Of a stretch of 64,000 nucleotides of DNA, positions 34,422 to 47,544 are shown one piece after another. This DNA is from Octopus vulgaris (Eukaryota). Location of the stretch: NCBI GenBank assembly GCA_951406725.2, contig OX597814.1, positions 132,618,001-132,682,000 of the forward strand, given 5' to 3'. The first letter of the stretch is position 1. Each line of letters opens with the position of its first letter. A program made the position numbers and the translations under genes. The notes beneath the pieces were generated by a model. The model was not told where the DNA came from, did no database searches, and saw nothing but the letters and a program-made list of their open reading frames with translations.

Positions 34422-34836
34422 TATTTCTTTACTACCCACAAGGGGCTAAACTCAGAGAGGACAAACAAGGACAGACAAACGGATTAAGTCGTTTATATCG
34501 ACCCAAGTGCGTAACTGGTACTTAATTTATCGACCCCGAAAGGATGAAAGGCAAAGTCTACCTCGGCGGAATTTGAACTCAGAACGTAGCGGCAGACGAA
34601 ATACCTATTTCTTTACTACCCACAAAGGGCTAAACACAGAGAAGACAAACAAGGATAGACAGACAGATTAAGTCGATTATATCGACCCCAGTGCGTAACT
34701 GGTACTTATTTAATCGAACCCGAAAGGATGAAAGGCAAAGTCGACCTCGGCGGAATTTGAAGTCAGAACGTAGCAGCAGACGAGCTACCACCAAGCATTT
34801 CGTCCGGCGTGCTAACGCTTCTGCCAGCTCACCGAC
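34422..34836 (-). mobile_element. tRNA-derived octopus SINE, dimer
   Basis: Two bodies and one head; TSD ttgagtgaatata at 34405-34417 and 34839-34851. Confidence 0.9.
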
Positions 34837-35164
34837 TTTTGAGTGAATATATACAGGCTCACTCGATGAATTGAGTATTTGAATGTAAATATACAACCTT
34901 AAATACACATATTGATAGAAATGAATTCATAAGGTTTATAAAGGAGAATGAAACTTTCATATGTATTTAAAATATATCTCCCTTAATCTTGGTTGACTAA
35001 ATGAGCCGGAGTGTACCTCAAATTAGTCAACCTCAGCCTTCATGATTACATCTTTTCAACATTCAGGTGACGAGAGTAATGTAATCGCTTATATATAACA
35101 CATATATTTGTATAGCATTTTTGCCAAAATGGGAAGCTATTACTAGGAAATAGTAGTAGTAGTT

Positions 35165-35226
<62 letters not shown>

Positions 35227-36333
35227 TATCAGAATTGATTGGTGTACGCGCGCACACATACACACATATGTATGTGTTCAGCTCTTTTGGAGAAAACCCA
35301 GCATCTCTTATTTGCTTTTATGCAAATCTATAGTCTGGATATAACAGCTGTAGGTTTCTCATGAAATGTTCTTTCCCCCGATTTTTGACGTGACATTTAC
35401 ACCCAGCAGCAGGCACTTGATCTACATAACAGTGCATGACATTTGCTCCCTGTCTTATAGAAAAGTATTTATAGCACTTACACAAGACAACTGCTTTTTA
35501 CTGGAATGTTCCACTAGTATCTTTTATCTTTGAATATATAGATGCATTTTGCTTCTGGTGTACCTCTGGTATGACAGACCGGGGCAATCCTTCCTGCGTA
35601 TAGCACAGTAGATAGTTTTAGCGACAATGTCATGTCTCATGGAAATGTGGTATCATGCAGATATTCTGGAGCAGCTACTGACGATAAGAATGAAACTTTC
35701 CTCACCGCTATGGTACAATCGACATTTTCTAGCCTGCTATGTGAGTTGTGATGTATTTATTGCAAGTTTTAAATAGAATAAAATCTTTTGGTACAAGTCA
35801 TTCCATCAAATATTTCTTTTTGTTGTGTTAGTCAGTTCACTGCGGCCATGCCGGAGCACCGCCTAGAAAAATTTCAGTCGAAGGTATCGCCCCCAGTAAA
35901 TTTTGTTTTCATTTTTTAAGTCTGGTATTTATACTATTGGTCTCTTATGCCAAACCGCTAAGTTACAGACATACATATACATATCGATTTTATAAACTTA
36001 TATATACGACGAGCTTCTTTCAGTTTCCATCTTCCAGATCCCCTTATAAAGCTTTGGTCAGCCTGAGACTATAGTAGAAGACACTTGCCCAATGTGCCAC
36101 GCAGTGGGACTGAACCCGGAACCATGTGGCTGAGAAGTGAGCTTCTTACCACACAACTACTCCTGCGCCTGTAACAAGATAGGCAATACTAACCAATGAA
36201 TATTAGTAAAAAATTGTAATAATCGAAATGAAATAGTGATGTAATTAACAATAATTTTGATAATCATAATAATTATTTTGGGAATCATAATCATCGTTTG
36301 CTCATCGCTAAAAAAATGAAATAGGAAAGATAC

Positions 36334-36452
36334 CTCTGTCATTAGCTTTTCAAAATCACATTCCTTTTCTACTGTGGTGTTAGGATTCTTTGTGTGATTT
36401 GTGCTGCCAAATTTCTCAAGGCATTTCTCGTATGCCATTGTTGCTTTGAAAC
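36334..36452 (-). CDS. SLC6 transporter exon (EL4): (G)FKATMAYEKCLEKFGSTNHTKNPNTTVEKECDFEKLMTE
   Basis: 119 nt; acceptor tcttttag|GT, donor GAG|gtatct; phase 1 to 0; two Cys and two N-glycosylation sequons (NHT, NTT). Confidence 0.92.
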
Positions 36453-36921
36453 CTAAAAGACACGTATTGGAATACATCATTTTCTGCAGTTAAACAAAAT
36501 TTTATGTGCCAAAAGCAGTTTCCAAAGAATACTGTTCTACGACAAACAAACATTGAGGATGCTTAAATTTATCGATTTCATACAACTTTTATGATATCAA
36601 AGAAATTCAATTACGTCTTCGATTCCACATATCTGTATCTGTATGTATGTATGTATGTATGTATGTATGTATGTATGTATGTATGTATGTATGTATGTAT
36701 GTATGTATGTATGTATGCATGTGTGTCATTATTCAGTTAATTTCAAGATTTCTTGCTAATAGAGAAAGAACCAGTTTCTAACCTAGATCCAAGGTTTCTT
36801 CATTGCAATTTCAACATCAATAACAGGCCATTTTATGTATGTATGTATGTATGCATGTATGTATGTATGTATGTATGTATGTATGTATGTATGTATGTAT
36901 GTATGTATGTATGTATGTATG

Positions 36922-37474
36922 TCAGGTCACTTTCGAGTACTACTGGTAACATGTAACCCAGTACAACCTGTTGCATGGTCGGGTCATCGGCGACTAAACC
37001 GGCAAACCCACCAAGCTTGCTTGGTGAAGAGGGTGTTTATTGGACACCCTGCGGGATGAAAAACAAAACCTGTCAAAGATCGGAAGAACTCTTGAGAGTC
37101 AACGGCCATCCAATAAATGTCTTAAGGCTGTATCATGCGCGGGAACATAGAAATAATCGGACTGAATACCCGATCGCGCGGTTAAACCATTGGGAGTGAA
37201 GGACTCCTAGCCTTTGTTAGAGCATCCTTCTAGGAGAAGGTTACTCAGGTAACTGGGATAACTCCGACATAAAACCTGCGGCTCAGTGGTTACCGATGAT
37301 GTTGACTTGTTCTTCTTTTCGGATCATGGCTGCTGTTGCTTAGAGAGTGGGATTGACTCAGTGCACAGCCTTTCCTCACTTTAAAAAAAATTTTCTTGCA
37401 CAGGCATTACACGATAACAACATTGATTAAGCTTCGTGCAATGGCCATACTCGATAACGAGGGGGCAGCCACCA
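36922..37474 (+). mobile_element. Unclassified ~550 bp non-autonomous retroelement, possibly RTE-derived
   Basis: GC-richer block cleanly embedded in (TATG)n; ggagaagg...actccgacataaaacc resembles RTE 5' UTR motifs (from memory). Confidence 0.45.
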
Positions 37475-37648
37475 TGTATGTATGTATGTATGTATGTATG
37501 TATGTATGTATGTATGTATGTATGTATGTATGTATGTATGTATGTATGTATGTATGTGTGTATGTATGTATGTATGTATGTATGTATGTATGTATGTATG
37601 TATGTATGTATGTATGTATGTATGTTTGTATGTATGTATGTATGCATG

Positions 37649-37680
<32 letters not shown>

Positions 37681-37760
37681 TGTATGTATGTATGTATGTA
37701 TGTATGTACGTATGTATGCATGTATATATGTATGTATGTATGAACGTGTGTATGTATGTG
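37475..37760. repeat. (TATG)n microsatellite
   Basis: Direct inspection. Confidence 0.95.
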
Positions 37761-38559
37761 CCGATTTGTATATTTTATGTATGTATTCTCAAGCATATTG
37801 TTACATATCTAGACATGTTCATATATATTTAAATGATAAACTTCTCGAAAGTTTTACAGATTTTACAGTTACAGTGATGGATCTGTAGTCTTCGAATTAG
37901 CTTTCTCCTGTCTGGTTTTGAGAAGCCTAATTTCTCAAGATTGGTATTTAGGCAGTGTGTTACACATCCCAGGGTCTAATCTGGATAGAGTAACTACAGA
38001 TTTCTCAATTGTTCAACATATGTGTTCTCTTTTTCACTGATCTTCAGCCTTATGTTAACACCGCTGGGCAGCTAATTGCCACAACTATGCACACAGTTTC
38101 TCTTCTCTTACCCAAATCATTATATCATTTTATTGAGGTCTTCACTGGTACATCCCACCAGTATTCCTTTCTATTATGAGTGGCTATGGCGTCTACCATG
38201 TTGTGGGGTTTTATTTCTTTGTCCTTGGGATTATCCCTCCGAAGTATTTCATTATAGAGTGTCCTAGCAACAACGTCATGTCTCATCGGTAGATAATACC
38301 GTGATGACAACCACTTATAATGTGGGTGATATCTTCAGTGTGAACTCCATAAAGTCTGCATCGGTTGTCACATTTTACTGCTTTTCCTGCATTTCTAACC
38401 CTTTTGTGCATCAGGTACTTGGTTGATATTTTCTGATCCTGGATTGCAAATGCATACGCTTCAAAGTGGGAGGTAGTAATCAGGCTGTTCGTCCATGATA
38501 AACTGCTTTGATGATCGATGTTACTATCATCACAAAGCTTTCTACTAACATATGTATGT

Positions 38560-39010
38560 ATGCATGTTATTGTTCAGTTTTATCTAAATATTTCCTGCCA
38601 ACAGAGAGAGAGAGAGCCGGTTTCTAACCTAGATCCAATGCTCCTTCATTGGAATTTCAACATCAACAGCAGGTTATTTTTGTATGTATGTATGTATGTA
38701 TGTATGTATGTATGCATGTATGTATGTATTTATGTATGTATATGTGCAGATTTGTATGTTTTGTTTTATGTATTTATTGTCATGCATAAACTTGCTCATA
38801 TATATTTAAATAATAAACTTCTGGGAAGTTTTACAGATTTTTACAGTTCCAGTGATGGATTGAATCTGTAGTCTTCAAATTAGCTTTCTCCTTTCTGGTT
38901 TTGAGAAGCCTAATTTCTCAAGATTGGTACTGAGGCAATGTGTTACGTGTCCCAGGGCCCCAATAATTACAGGTATAAATATGAACTTGCAATTTGGATA
39001 GTGTATTCAG
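38560..39010 (-). mobile_element. Second 3' fragment of the same R4/Dong-like family (third copy at 54030-54400)
   Basis: IPVIIGALGHVTHCLSTNLEKLGFSK and shared 3' UTR gagccggtttctaacctagatcc. Confidence 0.75.
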
Positions 39011-40081
39011 ATTTATGTATGTATGTATGTATGTTTGTATGTGTGTGTATATAGGAACGGAGTAGGTAAGGTCTGGGCTACATATGTAACCTTTAATTTA
39101 ACCAAGATGTCCTTGGCCTGCAGAGTAGCCGGCGGTATACACCTCGCTTGTATATTCACCACTTCTGAGGTTCCGCCCGCTCTGGAGCATATGTAGCCCG
39201 GATCTTTTCTACTCCATTCCGTAACTCTTGTATTCCTATTCGCACACCCGGCAACCCTAGTCGCTTACCGTGGAATATAAAAAGAACTTTGTTTCAGCTA
39301 TTTCGTTCTTCGATACGTAAAAATCCACAATCCTCCGTCTCAATAAACCACTATTGTCTATGAAAGTTGTTTTTTTTTAATATTTATTATGGATTCCTTG
39401 AAGATAACTTTCTTCCTACATGTCGACCTCTGGATTTTATATATATGTATATATAATAATAAATATTAGGGAATAAATCCAAACTTACAGGGAAAAATCA
39501 GATTTAGGATTGAATCCAATTTTATAGTAAAATATTATATTATAATAAATTAGCGACAAAACCACTATTATGCAAATCAAACAATGAAAGACTTAAGCCA
39601 ATACATAAATTAATTTATATTATTTTATGTATATATATACATGTATTATATGTATATATATGTATTATATGTATATATATATATATATATAAATATTGTT
39701 AGAGATAGAAACATAGTGATATATAGGGAGTAGTCATATTTATAAATGTGGGGAAAGTAGACCTGACGATTAGGAGTGCTTAAACGTAATGAGTTTTGGA
39801 ATGAGATTTTGTATCTTAACAATACCATACGTACCCTCATGAAGCACGTGTAGTCCGTAATATGAACATTTCGGGATTATTAATATAAATAGTAAGTATA
39901 TTATTTAACATTTTAAGGCTTGGTTGAGTTAATATCGTTTGGAGTCGATGAAGGTGTGGGTATTTCTATCCCTAACAATATTTTGATACATATAAATTGA
40001 TTATTGAGAGTGATTCAATTTAATATTTTTAATTTGAATGTCTCAATCCTGTGGCACTGGAATTGATATTCCCTAATTATT

Positions 40082-40153
<72 letters not shown>

Positions 40154-40257
40154 CAGCAAAACAATTAAGATTCAAATGAATTCAAGTGAATATGGTACTT
40201 AACTTAGATGCGCCAGAATTCTTTATGGTATTAACCATAAAATTATGTGGGGTGATT

Positions 40258-40491
40258 ATAATCAAGAAAAAAGCAACAAGAATGGCTTGGTAGTTTAGTA
40301 CAATTGGAACTCACTCCTATAACTTCATACGGATATTTACACTCTCTAAGATGTTTGGAAAACCTATATGTGATTTAGCTGATGAATACTTGACATTATA
40401 TTTGCTGTAATATTTGCAGCTTGAAATAAAATGTTTATAGTATGAAACAATTGTACTAAACTACCAATCCATTCTTGTTGCTTTTTTCTTG

Positions 40492-40497
<6 letters not shown>
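40258..40497. repeat. Inverted-repeat element next to (TA)n
   Basis: ~50 bp arms ataatcaagaaaaaagcaacaagaatgg.ttggtagtttagtacaattg and its reverse complement. Confidence 0.75.
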
Positions 40498-40532
<35 letters not shown>

Positions 40533-40798
40533 CAAATACCCTCATACCTTCACAACCCTCCCCCCCCCGAAAACACACCACATATCTTTTACTTGTTTCA
40601 GTCATTAGACTGTGGTCGTAAGGGGGCACCGACTTGAAGGGTTTTAGTCAAATGAATCGAGCCCAATACGTGTTTTTAAACCTAGCACTTTTTCGATCGG
40701 TCATTTTAGCAGAACTACTAAGTTACAAGGACTTAAACTAGCACCGGTTGTGAAACTTTGATGGAAGAAAAACAAACACACACACACACACACACACA

Positions 40799-40886
<88 letters not shown>

Positions 40887-42444
40887 CACATATACATATA
40901 TATTTGTGTACACATACGACGAGTTTCTTTCAGTTTCTGCCTACCAAATATACTCCCAAAGCTTTGGTCGGCTGTAGTTGAAGACACATGCCCAAGGTGA
41001 CACGTAGCGTGACTGAACAAGGAACCACTTGGCTGGGAAGCAGTCTTCCTACCACATAGCCATGCCTGCTGTATACAGATGTGTGTGTATGTGTGTGTGT
41101 GTGTATGCGTATGTGTGTATGTGCGTGTGAGTGATTACGCATCCATGTGACTGCGTGTGCTCGTCTATGTTTTTATATATAAATTTTCTGTTATCTTTAA
41201 TTCAAGAGAGAAAGTCATACTTATGGCCATTTTAAATTCCTTTGGAAATTCATGGCTGTGAGGGAGGAAGGTATTCTCAACCCTACTTAAAAAACCCACA
41301 GTGGAATAAAATTGGGCGAGATATTCAGGTTAGCACGCAAGTAAGCCACAGCGGAATTTGAGGCAGAATGAAAGAACGGCAACAAATTCTGTAAAGCATC
41401 CGTTGTGGCGCTCTGAGAAATACGATAACCAATCGGCTTGAATTTGAACACTTCCATTATGTAAATTTGCAAACACACATGTAAACAGCCAAGGTATCTG
41501 TTTAAACGTTATTTACAAATGGCATTCTGTTTAAACAAAAACTCCATCGAAACTTCATTTTAGTAAATTATCTGAAACAATTCTAAAGAATTCTCATTCC
41601 TGCGTTACCAAACCGGGAAGAATATTTTGTTTGTACAAATATTGTCTTGTTGCTGTACGTTATTGCTGTGTAAATATCTTTCATTTCATGGATAAAATTT
41701 ATCTAAAATGTTTTCATTCATGAGATAAGGATTTTCCCCCATGAAAAACAAATGTGGTTATTTAGTTCCTGATAATTCCCATCCATACTTTATGTAATTT
41801 TGTAATCCTTTTTCATTATATATATATAAATACAGTACAATTCACTTTAAAGAGGCTTTACACTCAAAAGGCTATACTTTCCGATAAAGATCTTGGTAAT
41901 AAAATCGTTGTTAGTAGTATTTATGGCAGTAATGAAGATGAGAGTATTGATAATGGCGGTAGTTGTGGTGCTAAAATTGATGGTTTTGAAATGAGTACGC
42001 ATTGCAGATGTGAAAACATTAACTTATTCTAGATATCAAAATCTGAAGAACATCGCGTTGTCCACACCATTCGCTTCTCTGTTTCCATCAAGTAGTCCTG
42101 TGATCAATGACGTTCCAGTTGGGTGTTTCACTTTTTACTAGATGTACGACGTATCGGTCGCTCTCTGACAGGTTTATGGTCGAGCCTGGGTTAGTGGAGA
42201 CTGCAGTTCTTGGCCAGTCTCCCAGACCATATCTCTGTTTACCATTATCGGGGCGGAGATGGCTATCCGCAAGTGTGAGACCCGAGAGTCTCACACTTGG
42301 TGATGGTGGTAGTGGTGTAGGTGGTGGTTGTGGTGGTTTTGGTGGTATTGGGCTTGGTGAATGTAGTAGAAGGGATTGGGGCAATGATAGTTTTAACGAT
42401 GATAGCATTGACGGTAGCAAATGTGATAAGTATACTGAACTTAC

Positions 42445-42646
42445 CGAGAACTGAGAAAACCACTGTGGCAGTCAATAAGGAAGTGAAGAAGTCGCCGATA
42501 CTGACCATAAGAGCTTCACTAAGAAAGTTACTGCGGACTGGATTATATGAAGCCAAAGCTACCAAGCATCCGAATGCTAAGCCAAATGAATAGAATATTT
42601 GAGTTGCTGCATCTAACCAAACAGCAGGTTCGAATAACTTGTCCCA
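42445..42646 (-). CDS. SLC6 transporter exon (TM6-TM7): WDKLFEPAVWLDAATQIFYSFGLAFG...GDFFTSLLTATVVFSVL(G)
   Basis: 202 nt; acceptor ttttacag|TGG, donor G|gtaagt; phase 0 to 1. Confidence 0.95.
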
Positions 42647-42654
42647 CTGTAAAA

Positions 42655-42714
<60 letters not shown>

Positions 42715-44426
42715 GTAATAATGATTTGTTTTATTTGTCACCAGAACGATGGCTGAGTGGGCAATATAAAGACAGACATGAAGAGTGAGGCTTTGCATAT
42801 AATGAAATGATAAAGAAAAAAATGAGGATAATGATGATTTTGAGACATATTCTTACATAATTTTTCTATTGAAAAACATTTATATAAAATAACTGTTGTA
42901 AAATTTTTAAAGATTTGATTACTTTATGTGTGCCTTATTTGAAAATATGCAAATTAGAAAACTTTGAAAATGTAATGAAATTACACTTTTTGAGGCACGC
43001 TGAAGCTGAGCAAACATTTCCCAACGCTGCTGAATAGAAATTAGACGTTAAACTATGGTTTCAAGTTTCGACACAAGGCTAGCAACTTTTGTGAGAGAAC
43101 GTAAGTTGATTACATCGAGTCCAGTAATAGACTGGTACTTATCGACTTTGAAAGGGTGAAAACAAAGTCGACTTTAGCAAAATTTTAATTCAAAATGTAA
43201 CGAATCGGAATTTGGACATTATATAATGCGAAACTTAATTAAAATGTCGCGTAGAATAGTCTGATCTTAGCAACATCAAAAACCATCGTACGATTTGCCT
43301 GCATTTCTTCCACAAAAAAACTGTTTACGCCGATTCCTCACGCAAGTACAAATTAGAGTGGCACTGATGCGTCCATTTGCTATATAGGCACTGTCAGAAA
43401 GTGAAGCCTTCTGAAATTAAGCAAATGAGTTATGAGACTCGCAAACAAACACACTATTCAACAGCAAGCCCATTTCTATTTGACGAGAATCCATTGCGCA
43501 ATCTCTCTTTTCTGCTTAACCCGTTACCAAAAACATTAAGTACCGTTGCTTTTGCTTTATTTATGTACTGGTTTGATATTTTGCTTTACTGATTAGTCTG
43601 ATACATTAAAAACTACTGGAGCTATGACTTTTACATTATTATTGAAAGTTTATTGAGCAAAACACATTTTGTTTCATATTTAAAAGTATTATTAGTTATT
43701 TTCAACAATTTAACAATTTATTTCTCTATTAAATAAACTATTCAACTCTGTTTAATGAAATAGAAATACATTAAAACATATCAACACCATTTTTATTTCA
43801 TATTTTTACGACAGTAAGAGATAATGATATAAATATATTCTTTTTAAATTGCTTAAATATGTAAAAAAAACAACATATGTGCTTTGTTTTCATTCGTATG
43901 ATTTTTAGTTAATGTTGGATGAAATCGTTCAATCGCATAACGTAATGCGTGTGGGCACACTTCGAAAGAAGGTCGAACTTGTAAATAGCATATTCCTTGC
44001 AATTGATAATTATTTAAAATTCCTTGGATGACTTAACGGAATTAGTGTTTTGGTGTTAATATGTTACTTCTTAGTTTCATAATTTTTATCGGATTCTCAC
44101 ACAACTGCCAATGTGTTGAAGGAATGATTAGAAAAGTTTTAAACAAACCCAAAGAGATATGAATAAGTTTGAGGACAATATTGCTGCTGGTATTTAGACG
44201 TGCAGATTACATTTATACTTTATGATTTGTTTAATAAATATTGTTCCTTTTCGTTTACAGACATATTTATTTTTGTCTTAGAAATACCAACCACTTACTT
44301 TGAGTAATGTTTTAATGCACCAAAAAAGGCATTAAGATCGCCATCTTATTTAAAATGGTATTGCAGGAAATATAAGTTCAGTGGGTCTAATAAGTAGTAT
44401 TAAGATATCATTAGAAATTTCATGAA

Positions 44427-44746
44427 GGCGCATGGATCAGTGGTTAGAGTGTCGAGCTTATGATCGTGAGGTTGTGAGCTCGAATCCCGGACCGGGCTGT
44501 ATGTTGTGTTCTCGAGCAAGACACTTTATTTCACGTTGCTCTAATTCACTCAGCTGTAGAAATGAGTTGCGACGTCATAGGTGACAAGCTGTATCGGTCT
44601 TTGCCTTTCCCTTGGATAACATTTGTGGCGTGGAGACGGGAGGCCGGTATGCACGGGCAACTGCTGGTCTTCCATAAACAACCTTGGCCGAACTTGTGCC
44701 TGGGATAGTAGCTTTCTAGGTCTGTGTCGTGACCGAAGGGGGTCTC
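44427..44746 (+). mobile_element. tRNA-derived CORE-type SINE (octopus OR-like)
   Basis: tRNA head GGCGCATGGATCAGTGGTTAGAGTG...CTCGAATCCCG, CORE-like ctcgagcaagacactttatttcac; TSD agaaatttcat. Confidence 0.8.
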
Positions 44747-45298
44747 AGAAATTTCATATAAAAAAAATTGATTAGCAGTAAATTGGTTAAGTGAGACTTC
44801 GTAGCGTTAAAATATCTACGAGCTTTGTTCTACAATTATATTCAAGAAAGTATTTAGAGATATCAATATGAAATGTAAAATAAAATCATGGAAGCCATAG
44901 TGAAATAGTTTTCTCAGTGAATAGCCCTAAAATAATAGCATTCAGATATCTCGGTCTTTCTATTAATGTACTACTTTTTTAGTCAGCAGTTTGTTTTAAA
45001 TGCGAAGTTGTTATGAGAGCAACTTTCTGGGGTAATCAAACGGCACGCAATGTCGCTTAACCAAATTAGAGCCCATCATATTTCTTTCATTCTTTTTGTT
45101 TAATCATGGTGTATCAAGTGTCTAAAATGATTATATATTTGACATTGTTCACAACATAAAAAAAGATTCTTGAATAGAATAATTGATGATAGAATGATTG
45201 TGTTGTAAGCTAAGATTCCCAACTGCCTATAATAGTAATTACAGTTCAGTGTATATACTATACATAACTTCTTTGATACATACTTCCATAGAAATACA

Positions 45299-45707
45299 TA
45301 TTTCTTTACTACCCACAAGGGGCTAAACACAGGGGAGACAAACAAGGATAGACAGACGGATTAAGTCGATAATATCAACCGCAGTGCGTAACTGGTACTT
45401 AGTTTATCGACTCCGAAAGGATGAAAAGCAAAGTCGACCTCGGCGGAATTTGAACTCAGAACGTAACAGCAGGCGAAATACCTATTTCCTTACTACCCAC
45501 ATGGGGTTTCACAGAGAGGACAAACAAGGACAAAGAGATTAGGTCGATTACATCAACCCCAGTGCGTAACTGGTACTTAATTTGTCGACCTTGAAAGGAT
45601 GAAAGGCAAAGCCGACCTCGGTGGAATTTGAACTCAGAACGTAACGGCAGACGAAATACGGCTACGCATTTCGCCCGGCGTGCTAACGTTTCTGCCAGCT
45701 CGCTGCC
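45299..45707 (-). mobile_element. tRNA-derived octopus SINE, dimer
   Basis: Two bodies and one head; TSD tacttccatagaaata at 45281-45296 and 45709-45724. Confidence 0.9.
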
Positions 45708-46115
45708 TTACTTCCATAGAAATATACTTAAAACAAAAGATGTCGTGCGAACGTGTGATAGGAGGTCAACTAATTTTAATATAAATGTATGGCAGTAGCG
45801 TATTACGTATTATATTTATACGTCAATGTATATATCGTTATGAGCACATAAGCTCTTTGCGATTTTAAATACATCGTTAATTTAGCTCAGAACATTATCA
45901 GAACAAATGCATTTCGAACATGACTATCATCCTTTTCTACATATCTACAAATACATTGTTTAATTGTATTTAAATTTTTATTCAAATTAAGGTAAGTTGT
46001 GATTTGAAACAGATTTTGGTTATTTCAAGCAGTTAAGCGATCGCGTTGGTTCGTAGACATGTTATTCTAAATTTATGCAGGGTTATGTGTAAAAAATTAA
46101 CAATTAGAATTTTAC

Positions 46116-46226
46116 CTTTGGAATGAATAAGTATTTTACACCTTCCTCAAATCCATGTAGAGTTACTCCGCGAAAGAAAAAAATGACCAGGACAAAATAT
46201 GGGAAAGTTGCTGTAACATAGACAAC
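46116..46226 (-). CDS. SLC6 transporter exon (TM5): [37 protein letters not shown]
   Basis: 111 nt; acceptor ttccag|GTT, donor AAG|gtaaaa; absent from the ORF track, translated by hand. Confidence 0.95.
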
Positions 46227-47544
46227 CTGGAATTAAGCGAGAAAATAGAATCATTTAGTATCTTACGTGTAAAATTTCAACAAGTTGTTTCAACGAGTAC
46301 AAATAATTACGATGTCACCAATTGAAATAACTCTGTAGAATCACCTTATTAAACATACTTTATCACGCGCGCGCGTGCGACATAAGGTCACGTTTTATCG
46401 TGATAATTAAGACTTTCATCTTCCGTATCAAAATCAATTCCAATTTCTTTTCATAGCAACTACTAGTACACACAGACACACCCACACATGCAAGCTATTG
46501 CGTGTATCATGTGAGCTATTGCTAAAACGCCCCATTTAATATTCTAATAGTGTTCTCTCAAAGCGAGATATGCATTTGGTTATTGGAAACCAACCAGAGC
46601 AACGATCTTGGGTAAGTTGTGGATATCGTTACAACTTGCACATGATAGTAACAGGAAAATTGAAATTTCGTAAAATTTCAAACAAATTCCCAAACTTAGA
46701 TGCTAAACTTTCATATAATGGGGAATATTTCAATTGTAAATGTTCGGAATAAATCAATCATTGAAACTATTTGACAAATCATTTTTCTGCTGCATTAAAT
46801 AAAAAGAAAATTAATACGCAGTGCTAATTGCTTTTATCTTTAGCAAAGGTTACTTTCGTAATCATATAGATGGGCTTTCCTAATTGAATCAAATCCACAC
46901 AGAAAGAAATGAAAGAGCAAGTCAATCTTATATGGAACTTATCCTAATAATTCATTATAGTCAGTCCATTTTTATACAATTACGATGACCACACTCTCGT
47001 CTCTGAAATCTCTAACTGGAGAGGATTTGAGCTACTTCACAAAAATAAATGAATGAATAATATGTTTAAGAAATTCATATATACATTAGTACATATAAAA
47101 CATTCAGTATATAAAAGGATTTGGGAAAGGAAAATATTCACAAGTTATATTTTTAATAAAGCGATTTTCCTACAAACGAATTATATTGTCCAAGCTAGAA
47201 ATGTAAATGTTTTTTAATGCGGCAATTTAAAACAGAATTTCCATAGTAATAGACACCTTATGAAGACTAGAAAGAGAGCCAATTAGCGCTATTTCAAAAA
47301 AATACCAAAACATACAGCATGCAGAAAATACCATTAGAAAACAGGGCACACATTAGGACGTACCCAAAGTTCACAGAGCTTTACCCGATTTTGCTGACAT
47401 AACTAAGAATACTGAAATCGTGTTAGTGATAATGTGTTTGTTTGCCACATTAACAACGTAGGAAAAGATAATTCCAATAACAAAGTAGAGAATAAATTTG
47501 AATTTACGCAGAAGCGGTTATAAAAATTAGAAAACAAAAGTAGT

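Larger units (their letters stand above)
36718..38548 (-). mobile_element. R4/Dong-like non-LTR retrotransposon 3' fragment (CCHC knuckle plus RLE), interrupted by (TATG)n and an insertion
   Basis: Translates AIQDQKISTKYL...CRLYGVHTEDITHIISGC/SSRYYLPMRHDVVARTL...WWDVPVKT...LEKLGFSK. Confidence 0.8.

Noticed and set aside
42088-42454. Pro-rich and Gly-rich ORFs beside the TM6-7 exon
   Set aside because: Derived from degenerate (GGT)n/(ACC)n intronic sequence beyond the donor at 42444.
44427-44505. tRNA-like sequences (also 59187-59265 and 25910-26000)
   Set aside because: They are SINE heads continuing into SINE bodies, with no proper acceptor stem; not tRNA genes.
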